64,000 bases of DNA, taken from the NCBI GenBank assembly GCA_963696295.1, contig CAVOJR010000001.1, positions 2,592,001 to 2,656,000 on the forward strand, read 5' to 3'. The notes below the pieces were generated by a model. That model was not told the origin of the DNA, did no database searches, and saw only the letters and a list, made by a program, of their open reading frames with translations. Of this stretch, positions 61,486 to 64,000 are shown in pieces (position 1 is the stretch's first letter; each line of letters opens with the position of its first letter). Made by a program: the position numbers and the translations under genes. Origin of the DNA: an uncultured Chlamydiae bacterium. Lineage in GTDB: Bacteria; Chlamydiota; Chlamydiia; Chlamydiales; JAJFMB01.

Positions 61486-64000
61486 GGTTGGATGAGTTCA
61501 CGGACCTATCCGATGAATTCACCGATTTTGAACCAACTCCACAGGCAAAACCACAATTTTCCATGGAAAAAGGTGGTAAAGCATCACGTTTTGCCAATGA
61601 ATTTACGGACTTTTCCGACGAATTCAGCGATATTGAGTCAAATGAGCCAAATGAGTCAATCGCTAAGCGGGCAGCGCACACCCCCTACGACGTGCCGGAG
61701 CTTACTCCTGAGCAGACAAAGAAGATGTCGCCGGCAGAGCGGCTACAATATGTGAAAGACTTGGCTACCGAGCGGGAATACAGACAGAGCAAAGGGGTGA
61801 CTAAGGGTCTTTTATCCGGCGCAACCCTTGGCCTATCTGAGAAGATTCCAGGACTTGCCCCGGAAGAAGGTGACTTTCTTATGGGCTTCGGTGAATTTAT
61901 GGGGAGTGCCCTTCCAATTAGCAAGCTTTACAGCGTCCTTGGCGGCCCCTTGGTCAAACTGGCTGCAAAGAGCCCTAAGTATGCCAATGCCCTCCAATCT
62001 CTCGCCCGCATGACCGGCTTTGGTTTAACCGGCGCGACGTATGAAGGTGCCAAGGAGACCATTAAGACCGGCGAAGTGCCGTCCCCCGATGAGCTGGTCA
62101 AGTATGGCGCGCAGTGGGCTGCCTTTGATGGAGCGCTTCAGCTATTGGGTAAAGCAGCCGCCCCCTTTCTCAACAAAATGAAGAGTGTGGCTGAAACCAA
62201 TAAGATCCCCGAGCGAGAAGTGCTGAATACCGTGATGGACAGCTTGGCCGATCGCAAGATCAGCATTGAAGAGGATCCAGCAGCAGCGATAAAAGCGGCC
62301 GAGGACATCCTTGCCGACTACCCCCGCAAGATGCAATCGGCAAGGGAGGAGCGCATCTCCGCCTTGAAGGCCAAAGAGGCCGAAGCCGAAGCCAAGATCA
62401 CCGAGCCTTTCAAGCAAAAGATTGAGAATGTGGAAGGGCAGCAAAAGCATGTGATTGAAGGGCGCAAAGAAGAGGTGAAAAGGGCCGAGGAATCCTTTGA
62501 TAAAAAAAGAGAACAGCTACAAGAAAGATCCACAGACCTTGACAGGGAAATAGACACTAAGCTGGAGACCTTTGCCGAAAAGGAAGAGGCAATCACCTCC
62601 CAGTTTGAATCGCAAAAAGAGCAGCAGATCGACAAACTTCGCAAGCAGTCCGAAAAGGAGCTTTCCGCTAAGACCCGCGACATTGAGAAGACGATCACCA
62701 CCTTGGAAAAAGAAATTGATAAGCGCAAAGCGAAGTCTGTGAAAGAAGTGGCGGCCGTCGAATCCCAAATTGTGAAAGCCAAGGAAAAGGGGCAGCCCAC
62801 AAAGCGCCTTGAGAACGCAAAAGACTCCCTGCAAAACAAAGCTGACAGGCACATTGAATCTCTGCAAAGTGCAATAGACAAACAGCAGCAGCGCATCGAT
62901 GTCTTCAGGGATAAAGCAGCCGCGGCCCTGGAAACAAAGATTGATAAAATAGCCGCCAAGGACCTCCCTTCCTCTGCCCTGGCTCCCATCGAAAAGGGGA
63001 TGAACACCCTTGAGAAGGAGATCGCCAAGAAAAAGAAGATCATTGCCGACTCAGAAACACAGCTGGCTAAAGAGAAAAACCTCAAAATCGCCGAACTTAA
63101 AAAAGACGCAGAGGCCAAGCTGAAGCAGCTGGAAGGTAAGAAGGGGGAGATCGAAGCCAAACAGGCTGAACGCTTGAAATTACAGCGCGCTAAAGTATAC
63201 CGCGAGCGCCACCCCGAGATCAAAGTGACTGCCGGCAAAAAACTCCCGGCTGTACGTGCCCAGGCCGTCACCGAGCCCATTATCGAAACTACCGGCAAAG
63301 GTGCAGCTGAGCGCATCGAGCATCCGAAAAAGGGAATCGATAAGATCATCGAGAAGATGAATAATTTCGTTCAGGCAGCCAAAACCCCTAAGCAGAGCTT
63401 AAAGCGCCTTGGAGAGGGAATAAACGAGGCTGTGTTCAATGCTTTGGCCCCGCTTGAGAAAGCCGAAGCGGGAGTGCCCGTTCCTGAACGCGTTTCGACC
63501 AAAATTAAGCTTGCCCAATCCGTTGCATCTGAGATTGACTCCGTGCTTGAGAATGGCATCTTCAGCAACCTCACCGGCAAGTTTGAGCATGGCGGCTTAA
63601 AGGAAGCCTATGGCGATCTGACTTGGAAAAAGCTGTCAAAGGGCCTCAAGGAAGGGGAATTCAGTCTTGAGGATCTCGATGCCTACCGCACCTCTAAAAT
63701 TGCCCTGAAGCGCCAATCTGAGGGCAAGAAAACGGGGATAGACACTAAGAAATCTGTCCAAGATATCGCCCGGCTAAAGAGCAAATACGAGCCCATTGAC
63801 AAACGGATCCGCGATTTCCAGAAAGCGACACTGGTCACCTACGGCAAGGATCTACTCGGCAAGGACCTGATTGCCGATTGGAACAAAGACTACTACAGCC
63901 CCCTTTATCGCATCATGGAAGAAGGCAAGGATGCCATACTTTCCGCCGGATCTCTCAAGCCAAAGCAACCATTCAAAAAGATGGTTGGCAGTGAGCGCAA
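61464..64000 (+). CDS. Large coiled-coil protein of more than 845 aa, putative ejection/polyvalent protein (3' truncated)
   Basis: Manual translation from ATG 61464 (MATSTRIGLDEFTDLSDEF..) shows no stop before the window end; absent from the ORF track. Confidence 0.85.
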   Translation, partial: MATSTRIGLDEFTDLSDEFTDFEPTPQAKPQFSMEKGGKASRFANEFTDFSDEFSDIESNEPNESIAKRAAHTPYDVPELTPEQTKKMSPAERLQYVKDLATEREYRQSKGVTKGLLSGATLGLSEKIPGLAPEEGDFLMGFGEFMGSALPISKLYSVLGGPLVKLAAKSPKYANALQSLARMTGFGLTGATYEGAKETIKTGEVPSPDELVKYGAQWAAFDGALQLLGKAAAPFLNKMKSVAETNKIPEREVLNTVMDSLADRKISIEEDPAAAIKAAEDILADYPRKMQSAREERISALKAKEAEAEAKITEPFKQKIENVEGQQKHVIEGRKEEVKRAEESFDKKREQLQERSTDLDREIDTKLETFAEKEEAITSQFESQKEQQIDKLRKQSEKELSAKTRDIEKTITTLEKEIDKRKAKSVKEVAAVESQIVKAKEKGQPTKRLENAKDSLQNKADRHIESLQSAIDKQQQRIDVFRDKAAAALETKIDKIAAKDLPSSALAPIEKGMNTLEKEIAKKKKIIADSETQLAKEKNLKIAELKKDAEAKLKQLEGKKGEIEAKQAERLKLQRAKVYRERHPEIKVTAGKKLPAVRAQAVTEPIIETTGKGAAERIEHPKKGIDKIIEKMNNFVQAAKTPKQSLKRLGEGINEAVFNALAPLEKAEAGVPVPERVSTKIKLAQSVASEIDSVLENGIFSNLTGKFEHGGLKEAYGDLTWKKLSKGLKEGEFSLEDLDAYRTSKIALKRQSEGKKTGIDTKKSVQDIARLKSKYEPIDKRIRDFQKATLVTYGKDLLGKDLIADWNKDYYSPLYRIMEEGKDAILSAGSLKPKQPFKKMVGSER

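Larger units (their letters stand above)
48472..64000 (+). mobile_element. Integrated prophage/phage-satellite-like element (right end outside window)
   Basis: tRNA-adjacent integrase, primase-helicase, TerS/TerL and virion-like proteins, all co-oriented; no host housekeeping genes. Confidence 0.9.

Noticed and set aside
62318..63349. 343-aa minus-strand ORF and other minus ORFs at 60-64 kb
   Set aside because: These are antisense shadows of the long + strand coiled-coil ORFs. Their Ser/Leu/Phe-rich composition mirrors Lys/Glu codons.

Overview
This window is from an environmental Chlamydiae (Parachlamydiales-like) chromosome. The assignment rests on omcA/omcB, SycD-type type III secretion chaperones and chlamydial gene order such as smpB-dnaN-recF and dxs-xseB-xseA-tpiA-secG. 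Bases 1 to about 48,470 are mostly housekeeping genes, with four tRNAs, a PemK/MazF toxin-antitoxin pair, candidate secreted effectors and three locally amplified repeats. From tRNA-Tyr (about 48,400) to the window end lies an integrated phage- or satellite-like element, all on the + strand. Its gene order is: tyrosine integrase, Xis/AlpA-like genes, a structured leader with a predicted antisense RNA, a TOPRIM primase-helicase (frameshifted), a palindromic iteron origin, two SpoVG-like proteins flanking an SF2 helicase (frameshifted), an AT-rich HTH/ADP-ribosyltransferase-like gene, TerS and TerL. TerL is followed directly, with no portal or capsid gene in between, by two proteins resembling podoviral ejection proteins. 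The second is an ORF of more than 845 codons that the ORF track misses because it runs off the window. The right end of the element is not visible. All functional calls come from recognising motifs by eye; no database searches were run.
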